DNA from: Desulfobacterales bacterium
GTDB taxonomy: Bacteria; Desulfobacterota; Desulfobacteria; Desulfobacterales; UBA5616
Length of the DNA: 64,000 nt
Assembly: GCA_046483495.1 (NCBI GenBank)
Contig: JAWODC010000049.1
Span: 70,939 to 134,938, forward strand
Direction: 5' to 3'
A program made the position numbers and the translations under genes. Shown here one piece after another: positions 50,498 through 58,962 of the stretch; position 1 is the stretch's first letter; every line of letters starts with the position of its first letter. The notes beneath the pieces are model-generated. The model was not told the DNA's origin. It ran no database searches and saw only the letters and a program-made list of their open reading frames with translations.

Positions 50498-50625
50498 TCA
50501 TTTTCCCCAAACCGGAGCAGGCCTCATTGAAGGGTGGTAATCCTTAATTTCTCGAAATCTTCTAAAGAAGACTCCTAAACAGGTGTACCGATAAACGCAT
50601 ATGCCCCGGTGATTTCCATTACGTT

Positions 50626-51402
50626 TTATTGCGCGTCGAGATGTCTGTCTTGAAACAAGATATCTTTGAGCCATTTTAAACCGAATTTCAGCAGGGCGAC
50701 TTCATCGGATTTGATGGTGATTGCGGTTTTCTCATCGACATTGAATCGCGTAAGAAACGCACTTTCGAAAACAAAGCGTCTGAACCTGTCGAGGTTATAG
50801 CTGACCATAAAGAAGAGTTCCTTTCCTTTATCCGTCAGCGTTATCGTGGACGGAAACGACCGTTTTCTGACAATCAGGTCCGTCCACTGCGCATTGATGT
50901 CATCATGGATGTCGACGCCCTGATCCTTTCGCCACTCGCGAATCGTCCAGGATTTTTGCTCATTGAAGCCAAGGCAGTGAGGTTCATTGACAAAAAAATA
51001 GAAGTCCCCGCCTTCCACGCCTTCTTTATGGCTCAAAGATGCGGAGCCGACGGGATAATATCGGCAGGTGGTCGGCCGGTCTTCATAGACAATGCATCCC
51101 GATTCCCTGACAAACGGGCATGATTGACGTTCGTCATCCAGAAGCTTCAGTGTCACCACAGGCAGGTCGGTTTTTTCCCAGATTCTCGGAACGGTATATA
51201 TGGCGAGAAATTCTTCGGATGAAAGCCCGAGGCGGTTTTTCAGCAAAAGAATGTCATACGGCGTTAGAATGATATTGATTCCCCTGCAGCACTTCGTGAA
51301 ACAGTCCACTCCTTTGTGGCAATGGAAATTAAACGTACTGTCAAGGCCGAGCCGCACGGGAATGATGTCGGCGGCGTTATCGTTTTTTTTCGATGTATCC
51401 AT
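50626..51402 (-). CDS. YkgJ/CxxCxxCC-family cysteine-cluster protein
   Basis: FHCHKGVDCFTKCC...CPFV...GC.VYEDRPTTCRYYP...EPHCLG. Confidence 0.88.
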   Translation of the reverse strand: MDTSKKNDNAADIIPVRLGLDSTFNFHCHKGVDCFTKCCRGINIILTPYDILLLKNRLGLSSEEFLAIYTVPRIWEKTDLPVVTLKLLDDERQSCPFVRESGCIVYEDRPTTCRYYPVGSASLSHKEGVEGGDFYFFVNEPHCLGFNEQKSWTIREWRKDQGVDIHDDINAQWTDLIVRKRSFPSTITLTDKGKELFFMVSYNLDRFRRFVFESAFLTRFNVDEKTAITIKSDEVALLKFGLKWLKDILFQDRHLDAQ

Positions 51403-51593
51403 TAATAGTCCTTTAATTGTCCTTTTTATTCCTTGCGTTCCGGACGCGAGCCCGGTTTTTGGTTTCGATCCGAAGCATCGCGGTATACGGCGATAGTACT
51501 CGAAAACGTCACCCTATTTGAAATCTCTCATATACAAGCCCGAAAACAAAGTCAAATAGTTCGCTGGGACACCGGAGACACCGGATGACCGCA

Positions 51594-51622
51594 TTGACAT
51601 TGACCGGGGAAAAACGTATAGG
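51594..51622 (+). promoter_or_regulatory. Putative sigma70 promoter for the radical SAM gene
   Basis: TTGACA-N17-TATAGG. Confidence 0.55.
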
Positions 51623-51694
51623 TTGGTGGAATTGCCGGTGTGGCGCCGGCCGAAGCCATCGAATCGTCTTTATGTATTATAAAAGGAAAGATTT

Positions 51695-52696
51695 TTGATG
51701 CATCTTAAAAAAACGGTTTCCTTTTCAGTTGATGCCGTAAACGTGTTTTTTCACATCCTGACGCAATGCAACCTGAAATGCGAACACTGCTATATCAACC
51801 CAAAGCAGCACGGAGATAACAAGCTCTCATTAAATGTCATTGAAAATTGGCTTTCAATCTTGAAAGAAGGCCGCAAAGACGCCAATCTCGTGCTGCTGGG
51901 TGGAGAGCCGACCCTGCATCCGGAACTTCCCACCATTATTTCCATCGCCCGGCAAATGGGATATGCTACGATTACATTGGATACCAACGGCTACCTTTTT
52001 CATGACATTCTTTCCAAGGTAAGTCCGGAGGACGTGGATTGCTTCAGCTTCAGCCTGGATGGTGCAACCGAGAAGACCAACGACCGTATCCGGGGCAAAG
52101 GCTGCTTTGGCACCTGTATGGCCGGAATGAAACAGGCGGCGGAAAGAGGATTCCAAACCAGCCTGATCTACACCGTCAGCCGACGTAACATCCATGAGTT
52201 GACGCAAATGGGGCCGATTTTAGCTGATGCAGGAGTCGGCCGGTTTTTTATCCAGGTAATCGGCCTTAGGGGAAAGTCGGCCCTTAACCGAACCGAAGGC
52301 CTTCATGTTTCCCGGGAAAAATGGCTCGAAACAGTTCCGCCTGCAGCGGAAAAGATCGCCGCCATGGGTATACGCGTTATTTATCCCAAGGTGTTTTTGC
52401 GCCGGGATGAGCCGTTTCAATGCGCGGGACGGGTGGCGTCGAACTTTTTCGTATTTCCAAACGGGAGGGTGTATCGATGTCCTCTTTGCGAGGATTACCC
52501 GCTGCACGGATTCGAATTTAAGAGGGGCAGACTGGAAAAAACGGCCGGCATCAATGAAACGCGCTTATTCGGGCTTGATATTCCGGAGGGATGCGTAATG
52601 AACAAACTCATACAACCGGAAAATATCGCCTATCATCCGGACGGCACTCCGGAATTTCGAATCGCCTGCTGTCTGCTGAAGGAGGAAATCTTTTAG
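51695..52696 (+). CDS. Radical SAM protein with Cys-rich (SPASM/twitch-like) C-terminus
   Basis: CNLKCEHC, GGEPTLH, DTNG, SLDG...D.IRG.G; C-terminal C...CPLC...GC...CC. Confidence 0.9.
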   Translation: MMHLKKTVSFSVDAVNVFFHILTQCNLKCEHCYINPKQHGDNKLSLNVIENWLSILKEGRKDANLVLLGGEPTLHPELPTIISIARQMGYATITLDTNGYLFHDILSKVSPEDVDCFSFSLDGATEKTNDRIRGKGCFGTCMAGMKQAAERGFQTSLIYTVSRRNIHELTQMGPILADAGVGRFFIQVIGLRGKSALNRTEGLHVSREKWLETVPPAAEKIAAMGIRVIYPKVFLRRDEPFQCAGRVASNFFVFPNGRVYRCPLCEDYPLHGFEFKRGRLEKTAGINETRLFGLDIPEGCVMNKLIQPENIAYHPDGTPEFRIACCLLKEEIF

Positions 52697-52756
52697 AAAC
52701 GGCATCTCTTGCTCCGGAGCGGCGTTTTCGTTTTTTGGAATTTTAGAGTTTCGAGC

Positions 52757-52790
52757 AAAAAAATCCCGCCTGTTCGTCCAGGCGGGATTT
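52757..52790 (-). terminator. Rho-independent terminator between convergent genes
   Basis: AAATCCCGCCTG / CAGGCGGGATTT stem with an A-tract on the left (U-tract on the minus strand). Confidence 0.75.
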
Positions 52791-52813
52791 AGAAAGTGGA
52801 TACGTAAGGTTGA

Positions 52814-53491
52814 TTACACTCCGGAGACATCCGAATTGCAGTGTTTGCAGATCTTGGCCCTTTTCTTGATGATTTCCGCGCAAAAAGGGCACTCCCGGGT
52901 AAAATGCCGGACATGGATCTTCTTAATGGCGTTTTCGACGCTGTCTTGCAGAATTGGATTGCCGAAGCGTGCGCTCTTAACCGGCTCGATTGCATCGGTT
53001 CCACAAAGATCGCCGAACATCTCGGCGGCTTTCACTCGAACCCTCACCGGTTCGGCCGCATCGAGCAGTATTCTTACGATGGTCACGTCATCCTTGTTGG
53101 TATAACATTCCGCAAGAATTGAAAATCCCCTCTTTGTGGCTTCTTTGAGCATTTCTTGTTGAAGGACGACTTCATCGTCGATGATCTGGCCCTTCGCCCC
53201 CATGGGGGAAAATACGGGCATGTACTCAAAATTTTTCTGATCGGGATACGTGAAACACCGATACGATGCATGGTGTGCATAATTTTCTTTCATATCATCC
53301 CAGCCCTGAACATATAAGGGGCATTCGTCATTAAAGCACAGGTACAGGTACGGCGATCCCCATCCCAACCCGTCGCTGAAGTTTATCGGCGGAACCTCCC
53401 AAATGGTCATCTCTTCATTACAATGGGGGCATCGGGGCCTTTCCTGTGTCATCATTTCCTCGAGCACATCGTCTTTTGTTTTAATTACCAT
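52814..53491 (-). CDS. Conserved hypothetical protein with N- and C-terminal zinc-ribbon motifs and a HEAT-like helical middle
   Basis: CPHC...CFNDEC...C; RVRVKAAEMFG...AIEP; CPFCAE.I...AK.CKHC; GGAG RBS. Confidence 0.75.
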   Translation of the reverse strand: MVIKTKDDVLEEMMTQERPRCPHCNEEMTIWEVPPINFSDGLGWGSPYLYLCFNDECPLYVQGWDDMKENYAHHASYRCFTYPDQKNFEYMPVFSPMGAKGQIIDDEVVLQQEMLKEATKRGFSILAECYTNKDDVTIVRILLDAAEPVRVRVKAAEMFGDLCGTDAIEPVKSARFGNPILQDSVENAIKKIHVRHFTRECPFCAEIIKKRAKICKHCNSDVSGV

Positions 53492-53610
53492 CGTTTATTT
53501 TCTCCCTTAAAATTTGGGTCGTTTGCATCGATTGCTTCGGTTCGCCACCCATTCTGCTGCATGGATGGCCCTTTGTCCGAAATCACAAATTAAGCGCCAA
53601 TTGACAAATG

Positions 53611-54342
53611 TCAACTCCTTGGCTTCGAAAGGATTCGTTTTACCGCTTCAAGTCCGATTCCCAGCAGGGATTCGTCATTCATCCGTGCCTTTTCAAAATC
53701 GTCGGCATGGGGCTCCCACCCATTCAAAAACGATTCATCGAACACCCGGGTTCGAAAAGTATCGAGATCATAACAAGCCTGGTAAAACATTTCGGCGGCG
53801 TCCGGATCGAGAGGCCGGGCGGACAATCGATTCTTAAAACTGATGATTTCGATGAGCAGATCGTTAAAGGTATTGTAAATGTTTAATCCCTGATGAGAAA
53901 TCCATTCTTCGATCGTCTGTACATCACCTTGGTCGAACCCCCGGCAGTGCGGTTCTTTCAATACCATATACCGCTCGGTTAACGCTCCGGTTTGCCGGGA
54001 CCGTGAGACGGCGCGAACCAGCGGGTACATACGACATGAAGAGGGGCGGTTGTCATATATGCGGCACCCCTCGGCGGTAAGAAAGGGGCATGTCGCCTCA
54101 CCGGTATCCGCCGGTTTGAGTGTCACGACGGGCAGGCCGGAGCGGGGGCCGGTGTGCCGAAGGCAATAGGTGGACAAGAATTCGTCGGAGGTTACCTTCA
54201 ACCCTCTTTTGATCCGCAGCACGTCGTACGGCGTCAGAAACTGGTTGAGATCTCTGCAGCAGTTGTTAAAGCACGAAACGTCCGGGCTGCAGGAAAACAT
54301 GAAGCGGTCGTTTGCCGATAAAGGACGCATAACGTCATTCAT
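53611..54342 (-). CDS. YkgJ/CxxCxxCC-family cysteine-cluster protein
   Basis: FSCSPDVSCFNNCC...CPFL...GCRIYDNRPSSCRMYP...EPHCRG. Confidence 0.88.
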   Translation of the reverse strand: MNDVMRPLSANDRFMFSCSPDVSCFNNCCRDLNQFLTPYDVLRIKRGLKVTSDEFLSTYCLRHTGPRSGLPVVTLKPADTGEATCPFLTAEGCRIYDNRPSSCRMYPLVRAVSRSRQTGALTERYMVLKEPHCRGFDQGDVQTIEEWISHQGLNIYNTFNDLLIEIISFKNRLSARPLDPDAAEMFYQACYDLDTFRTRVFDESFLNGWEPHADDFEKARMNDESLLGIGLEAVKRILSKPRS

Positions 54343-54609
54343 AATTTCTTTCCAGTCTTTATGTGGTCATAATGTGATCATGCGGTTTTTCTAAATGGCA
54401 GCTTTTTTGGTTTGCCTCTCGGCACTTTAGTCGGAAGCGGCCCGCCTGTCAAACCCCATGGGGTTATCGCGATTTTCGATCCAAATGCGACCGGCTTGTT
54501 ATTTTCAAAATATGGTGGTAAATAGGCGTCCGCGTCCATATATTGTTTGGGCTGTGAATAGCATACTGTAATTATTTGCTTATTGTTTATCGGTCGTCGG
54601 CAAAAATCC

Positions 54610-54638
54610 TTGACAAGTAAAATGCCGAATGATATTCA
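54610..54638 (+). promoter_or_regulatory. Putative aprBA promoter
   Basis: TTGACA-N17-TATTCA with an extended TG, in an AT-rich spacer. Confidence 0.4.
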
Positions 54639-54843
54639 AATAATCTTATTTTTATAAAAGACTATCTTATTGATTTCACAAAATATATTTATAGAAACAG
54701 AAACATACAGGACATTGGAAAAAATGTCGGGCTGAGAAGGTCGACATAAAGAAGGGAGGTGCCGGAAACTTACTGATTATTCTTTTAAGATGCTGCAAAT
54801 CTTTAACAGAAACTTTTACAAAGCAAAATGAGGAGGGATATAA

Positions 54844-55278
54844 ATGCCAAGTTTTGTAATTCAAGAAAAATGTGACGGTTGCAAGGGCGGGGACAAAACC
54901 GCATGTATGTACATTTGCCCCAACGACCTGATGGTATTGGACCCCAATGCAATGAAGGCTTACAATCAGGAGCCGGATCAATGCTGGGAATGCTTTTCAT
55001 GCGTAAAAATCTGCCCGACGCAGGCCATTGAAGTTCGCGGTTACGCGGATTTTGTGCCCCTTGGAAGCAGCATTATGCCGATGATGGGAACAGAAGATGT
55101 CATGTGGACCTGCAAGTTCAGAAACGGCCTTGTAAAGCGGTTCAAGTTCCCGATCCGGACTACCCCTGAAGGTGGTGCCAATGCCTATCCGGACCTGAAA
55201 GGCAAAGATCTGGAATCCCAGTTACTGTCAACGGAAGAAGTGGACGGAAAAGAAATGTCGACGCCGCAAACCGTTTAA
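54844..55278 (+). CDS. aprB: Adenylylsulfate (APS) reductase beta subunit
   Basis: MPSFV...KCDGCKGGDKTACMYICPNDLM...CWECFSCVKICP...RFKFPIRTT. Confidence 0.98.
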   Translation: MPSFVIQEKCDGCKGGDKTACMYICPNDLMVLDPNAMKAYNQEPDQCWECFSCVKICPTQAIEVRGYADFVPLGSSIMPMMGTEDVMWTCKFRNGLVKRFKFPIRTTPEGGANAYPDLKGKDLESQLLSTEEVDGKEMSTPQTV

Positions 55279-55345
55279 ACAGGCGAAGTTCTCTGACGCA
55301 ACACAAATACGGATATACAAGCAATATATTTAAGGAGGATAGAAT

Positions 55346-57325
55346 ATGGCATTACCAAATAAACCTTTGGGAGAATTAAAGGCCGTAAGGGATCCGGAAG
55401 TCGAAGAGCATGATGTTGATATTCTGATCGTCGGCGGTGGTATGGCTGCGTGCGGAGCTGCCTTTGAAGTGAAAAAATGGATGCAGGAAGGCCAATCTGT
55501 TCTTCTGGTCGACAAAGCCGCCATGGAAAGAAGCGGCGCGGTTGCCCAGGGACTTTCCGCCATTAATACCTATGTCGGTGAGAATGCTCCGGAAGATTAT
55601 GTCCGGATGGTTCGAAACGACCTCATGGGCATCGTTCGTGAAGACCTCATTTATGACCTGGGCTGCCATGTCGATGATTCCGTTCACCTGTTCGAGGAAT
55701 GGGGACTGCCTGTATGGAAGAAAACCGAAGAAGGCAAAAACCTCGACGGTAAAAAAGGTCTGAGCCTGGGCACCCTGAAAGGGGGCGCGGCTCCGGTCAG
55801 AACCGGCAAATGGCAGATCATGATCAATGGTGAATCCTACAAGAGGATCGTTGCCGAAGCCGCTAAACTGGCAATTGGCGAAGACAACGTTCTCGAACGT
55901 GTTTTCATTGTAGAGCTCCTTTTGGACGCCAATAAGGAAAACCAGATCGCCGGCGCAGTGGGTTTTTCCGTACGTGAAAACAAAGTCTTCATCATCAAGT
56001 GCAAAACCATGCTGGTGGCCTGCGGCGGCGCGGTCAACATTTATCAGCCCCGTTCGGTCGGCGAAGGCAAGGGCCGTGCCTGGTATCCGGTATGGAACTC
56101 CGGCTCCACCTATACCATGTGTATGAAAGTGGGAGCGGAACTGTCCATGATGGAAAACCGTTTCACCCCGGCTCGTTTCAAAGACGGATACGGCCCGGTC
56201 GGCGCATGGTTCCTCCTGTTCAAGGCCAAGGCCCTGAACGGTTTGGGCGAAAATTTTGCCGCGAGTGATGCCGCCAAAAAAGAACTGGAAAGATATGCTC
56301 CCTACGGAACGGCGGCCATTACCCCGACCTGTCTGCGTAACCACCTGATGCTGTTCGAAATGAAAGAGGGCCGCGGCCCGATCATGATGGATACCGTGAC
56401 CGCTCTGGCCGAACTCGGCAAAACCATGGACAAGAAAGAGCTCAAGCATCTGGAATCCGAAGCTTGGGAAGACTTCCTCGACATGACCTGCGGACAGGCC
56501 AACCTTTGGTGCGCCCAGAACTGCGAACCGGAAAAGAAAAATTCCGAAATTATGCCGACAGAACCGTACCTGCTCGGATCCCATTCGGGCTGCTGCGGTT
56601 TGTGGACTTCCGGTCCGGACCTTCCCTGGGTGCCGGATGCTTATAAGATCAAGGCCGACAACGGAAAGGTTTACAACCGGATGACCACGGTCAACGGGCT
56701 GTTTACCGCCGGTGACGGCGTCGGCTGCTCGGGCCATAAATTCTCTTCCGGGTCTCACGCCGAAGGCCGAATGGCCGCAAAGCAGATGGTCCGCTATGCA
56801 GTTGACAACGCGGATTACACCCCGACCATCAGCCAGTCCAAGGAAGAACTGGTGGATTTGGTTTACAAACCGGTTCGAACCTACCTGGACAACTGCGAAT
56901 ACACCACGGCGATCGACATCAACCCCAATTACATCAAACCCAACGGCATGATGTACCGGTTGATGAAAGCCACCCATGAGTATGGCGCGGGAACCGCCAC
57001 ATACTACATGACCACCAACAAGAATCTTGAAATCGTGATGGATCTTCTCCAGACGATGCGTGAAGATTGTGAAAAATTGGCTGCCGGTGATTTGCATGAA
57101 CTGCTGAGGGCCTGGGAAATCTACCACAGGATCTGGACCGTTGAAGCCCACCTGCGGCACATTCAGTTCAGAAAAGAATCCCGTTATCCGGGTTTCTACT
57201 ATCAGGCGGATTACCCGGGACAGGATGATGAAAACTGGTTTGCATTCGTCAACTCGAAATACGATCCCAAAGAACAGAAATGGGATGTATTCAAGAAAGA
57301 TTACATCCAGATCATTCCTGACTAA
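55346..57325 (+). CDS. aprA: Adenylylsulfate (APS) reductase alpha subunit
   Basis: RSGAVAQGLSAINTY, WQIMINGESYK, RFKDGYGPVGAW, GHKFSSGSHAEGR. Confidence 0.98.
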   Translation: MALPNKPLGELKAVRDPEVEEHDVDILIVGGGMAACGAAFEVKKWMQEGQSVLLVDKAAMERSGAVAQGLSAINTYVGENAPEDYVRMVRNDLMGIVREDLIYDLGCHVDDSVHLFEEWGLPVWKKTEEGKNLDGKKGLSLGTLKGGAAPVRTGKWQIMINGESYKRIVAEAAKLAIGEDNVLERVFIVELLLDANKENQIAGAVGFSVRENKVFIIKCKTMLVACGGAVNIYQPRSVGEGKGRAWYPVWNSGSTYTMCMKVGAELSMMENRFTPARFKDGYGPVGAWFLLFKAKALNGLGENFAASDAAKKELERYAPYGTAAITPTCLRNHLMLFEMKEGRGPIMMDTVTALAELGKTMDKKELKHLESEAWEDFLDMTCGQANLWCAQNCEPEKKNSEIMPTEPYLLGSHSGCCGLWTSGPDLPWVPDAYKIKADNGKVYNRMTTVNGLFTAGDGVGCSGHKFSSGSHAEGRMAAKQMVRYAVDNADYTPTISQSKEELVDLVYKPVRTYLDNCEYTTAIDINPNYIKPNGMMYRLMKATHEYGAGTATYYMTTNKNLEIVMDLLQTMREDCEKLAAGDLHELLRAWEIYHRIWTVEAHLRHIQFRKESRYPGFYYQADYPGQDDENWFAFVNSKYDPKEQKWDVFKKDYIQIIPD

Positions 57326-57364
57326 CAGGATCGGCGCAGTTGTCGATTAAACCCATAACCCCTT

Positions 57365-57402
57365 ACCTCCAGGTGTTGTCAGGACACCTGGAGGTTTTTA
57401 TT
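57365..57402 (+). terminator. Rho-independent terminator after aprA
   Basis: ACCTCCAGGTGT / ACACCTGGAGGT stem followed by TTTTATT. Confidence 0.8.
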
Positions 57403-57674
57403 AATAGGTGTCTGCCGATAAAATGGTGGATTTCGGTTCTGCCGAACGCGCCGTTTTGGGAAGAGATGATTGATTCTGCAATATGGTGCTATAAGCCGTG
57501 TTGGGCGATATCCACATGTATCCGAATGTCCAACTCCTTAAAGAATTCATCCTTTAGATGTGATGAATTCTTTAAGCAGTTGGATAAAATTGAAATTAAT
57601 GGGTATCGCCCAAAGAAAAGCATCGGAAAATCACAAAACGTTTAGCACCCAAAAATTGTTTATGGAGGGATAGC

Positions 57675-58952
57675 ATGACAGTAGACAACACAGCCCCGGT
57701 AAGCGGTACTATTATGGTTGTCGGTGGCGGTATCAGTGGCTTGACTACAGCCCTGGAAGCTGCCGAAGTGGGGTACGAGGTGTTCCTGGTCGAAAAAAGC
57801 CCATCCTTAGGCGGAAGAGTCGCACAACTTAATCAATATTTTCCAAAGTTATGCCCTCCCACCTGCGGACTGGAAATCAACTACAGAAGGATAAAGGATA
57901 ACCGCCGAATCAAGGTCTTTACCCTCGCCGAAGTCGAAAAAGTCGAAGGAACGCCCGGAAATTACAAAGCAACCGTTCGGTTGAATCCACGGTACGTAAA
58001 TGAGAATTGCACTTGCTGCGGCGCCTGCGCGGAGGCATGCGAGACGGAAATACCAAATGAATACAATTTTTCGATGAATCGAAGGAAGGCCGCCTACCTG
58101 CCGCATGAAATGGCTTTTCCTCAACGGTATGTTATCTCGCCTCAGATAATCGGCACCGAGGATGCCCAAAGGTGCAAGGATGCGTGTAAATATGATGCCG
58201 TTGACCTGGATATGAAAGCCAAAACCATTGATTTGGATGTCGGGTCTATCGTATGGGCCACCGGTTGGGAGCCGTATGATGCGACGAAACTGGACAATCT
58301 GGGATTCGGCCGATATTCCAATGTCATTACCAATATGATGATCGAAAGACTTGCATCTAAAAACGGGCCCACCCAGGGAAAGATCGTTCGCCCGTCCGAT
58401 GACAAGGCGCCCGAAAGTGTCGCTTTCGTTCAATGTGCGGGCTCCCGTGACGAAAACCACCTTCCCTATTGCTCCTACATCTGCTGCATGGCTTCTTTAA
58501 AACACGCCACCTACATCAGGGAACGGTATCCGGATGCCAAGATATACATTTTCTATATCGACATCAGGACACCCGGGCAGCGGTATGAAAAATTCTATAA
58601 CATGGTAAAAGAGGATGAAAATGTCTTCCTGATAAAAGGCAAGGTCGCGGAAATCGCAGAAGATCCGGCCACGAAAAATATCACCGTCGTTGCTGAAAAT
58701 GCTGTAACCGGAGAAAAGATCCATCAGACGGTGGATATGGCGGTGCTGGCCACCGGCATGCAGCCGACCACCGCTGTTGCCAAGTTGCCCGCCGATCTGA
58801 AATACAATGCGGACGGCTTTATTATTAACGACTACGAAAATGGCGGAATGTTCGCGGCAGGATGCGCCTATAAACCGGCCGATGTGGTGTCTTCCAACCA
58901 GAATGCCACCGGTATGGCCTTGAAGGCAATTCAAACTCTGGTGAGAAGGTAG
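57675..58952 (+). CDS. qmoA: Quinone-interacting membrane-bound oxidoreductase subunit A (HdrA-like)
   Basis: GGGISG, YFPKLCPPTCG, QCAGSRD...YCSYICC; downstream of aprA. Confidence 0.95.
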   Translation: MTVDNTAPVSGTIMVVGGGISGLTTALEAAEVGYEVFLVEKSPSLGGRVAQLNQYFPKLCPPTCGLEINYRRIKDNRRIKVFTLAEVEKVEGTPGNYKATVRLNPRYVNENCTCCGACAEACETEIPNEYNFSMNRRKAAYLPHEMAFPQRYVISPQIIGTEDAQRCKDACKYDAVDLDMKAKTIDLDVGSIVWATGWEPYDATKLDNLGFGRYSNVITNMMIERLASKNGPTQGKIVRPSDDKAPESVAFVQCAGSRDENHLPYCSYICCMASLKHATYIRERYPDAKIYIFYIDIRTPGQRYEKFYNMVKEDENVFLIKGKVAEIAEDPATKNITVVAENAVTGEKIHQTVDMAVLATGMQPTTAVAKLPADLKYNADGFIINDYENGGMFAAGCAYKPADVVSSNQNATGMALKAIQTLVRR

Positions 58953-58962
58953 GAGGTTATTC

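Noticed and set aside
54343..54843. Rex operator upstream of aprB
   Set aside because: Only isolated half-sites (TGTGAA, TTCACAA); no complete TTGTGAA-N4-TTCACAA palindrome.
55376..57160. 594-aa antisense ORF over aprA (similarly 59104-60177, 22354-23370, 33481-34314, 38406-39155)
   Set aside because: Shadow frames of strongly codon-biased genes, with no protein motifs.
57484..57649. 6S RNA identity for the rod-like element
   Set aside because: Shape is suggestive, but no recognisable 6S sequence motifs or usual gene context; left as an unassigned structure.
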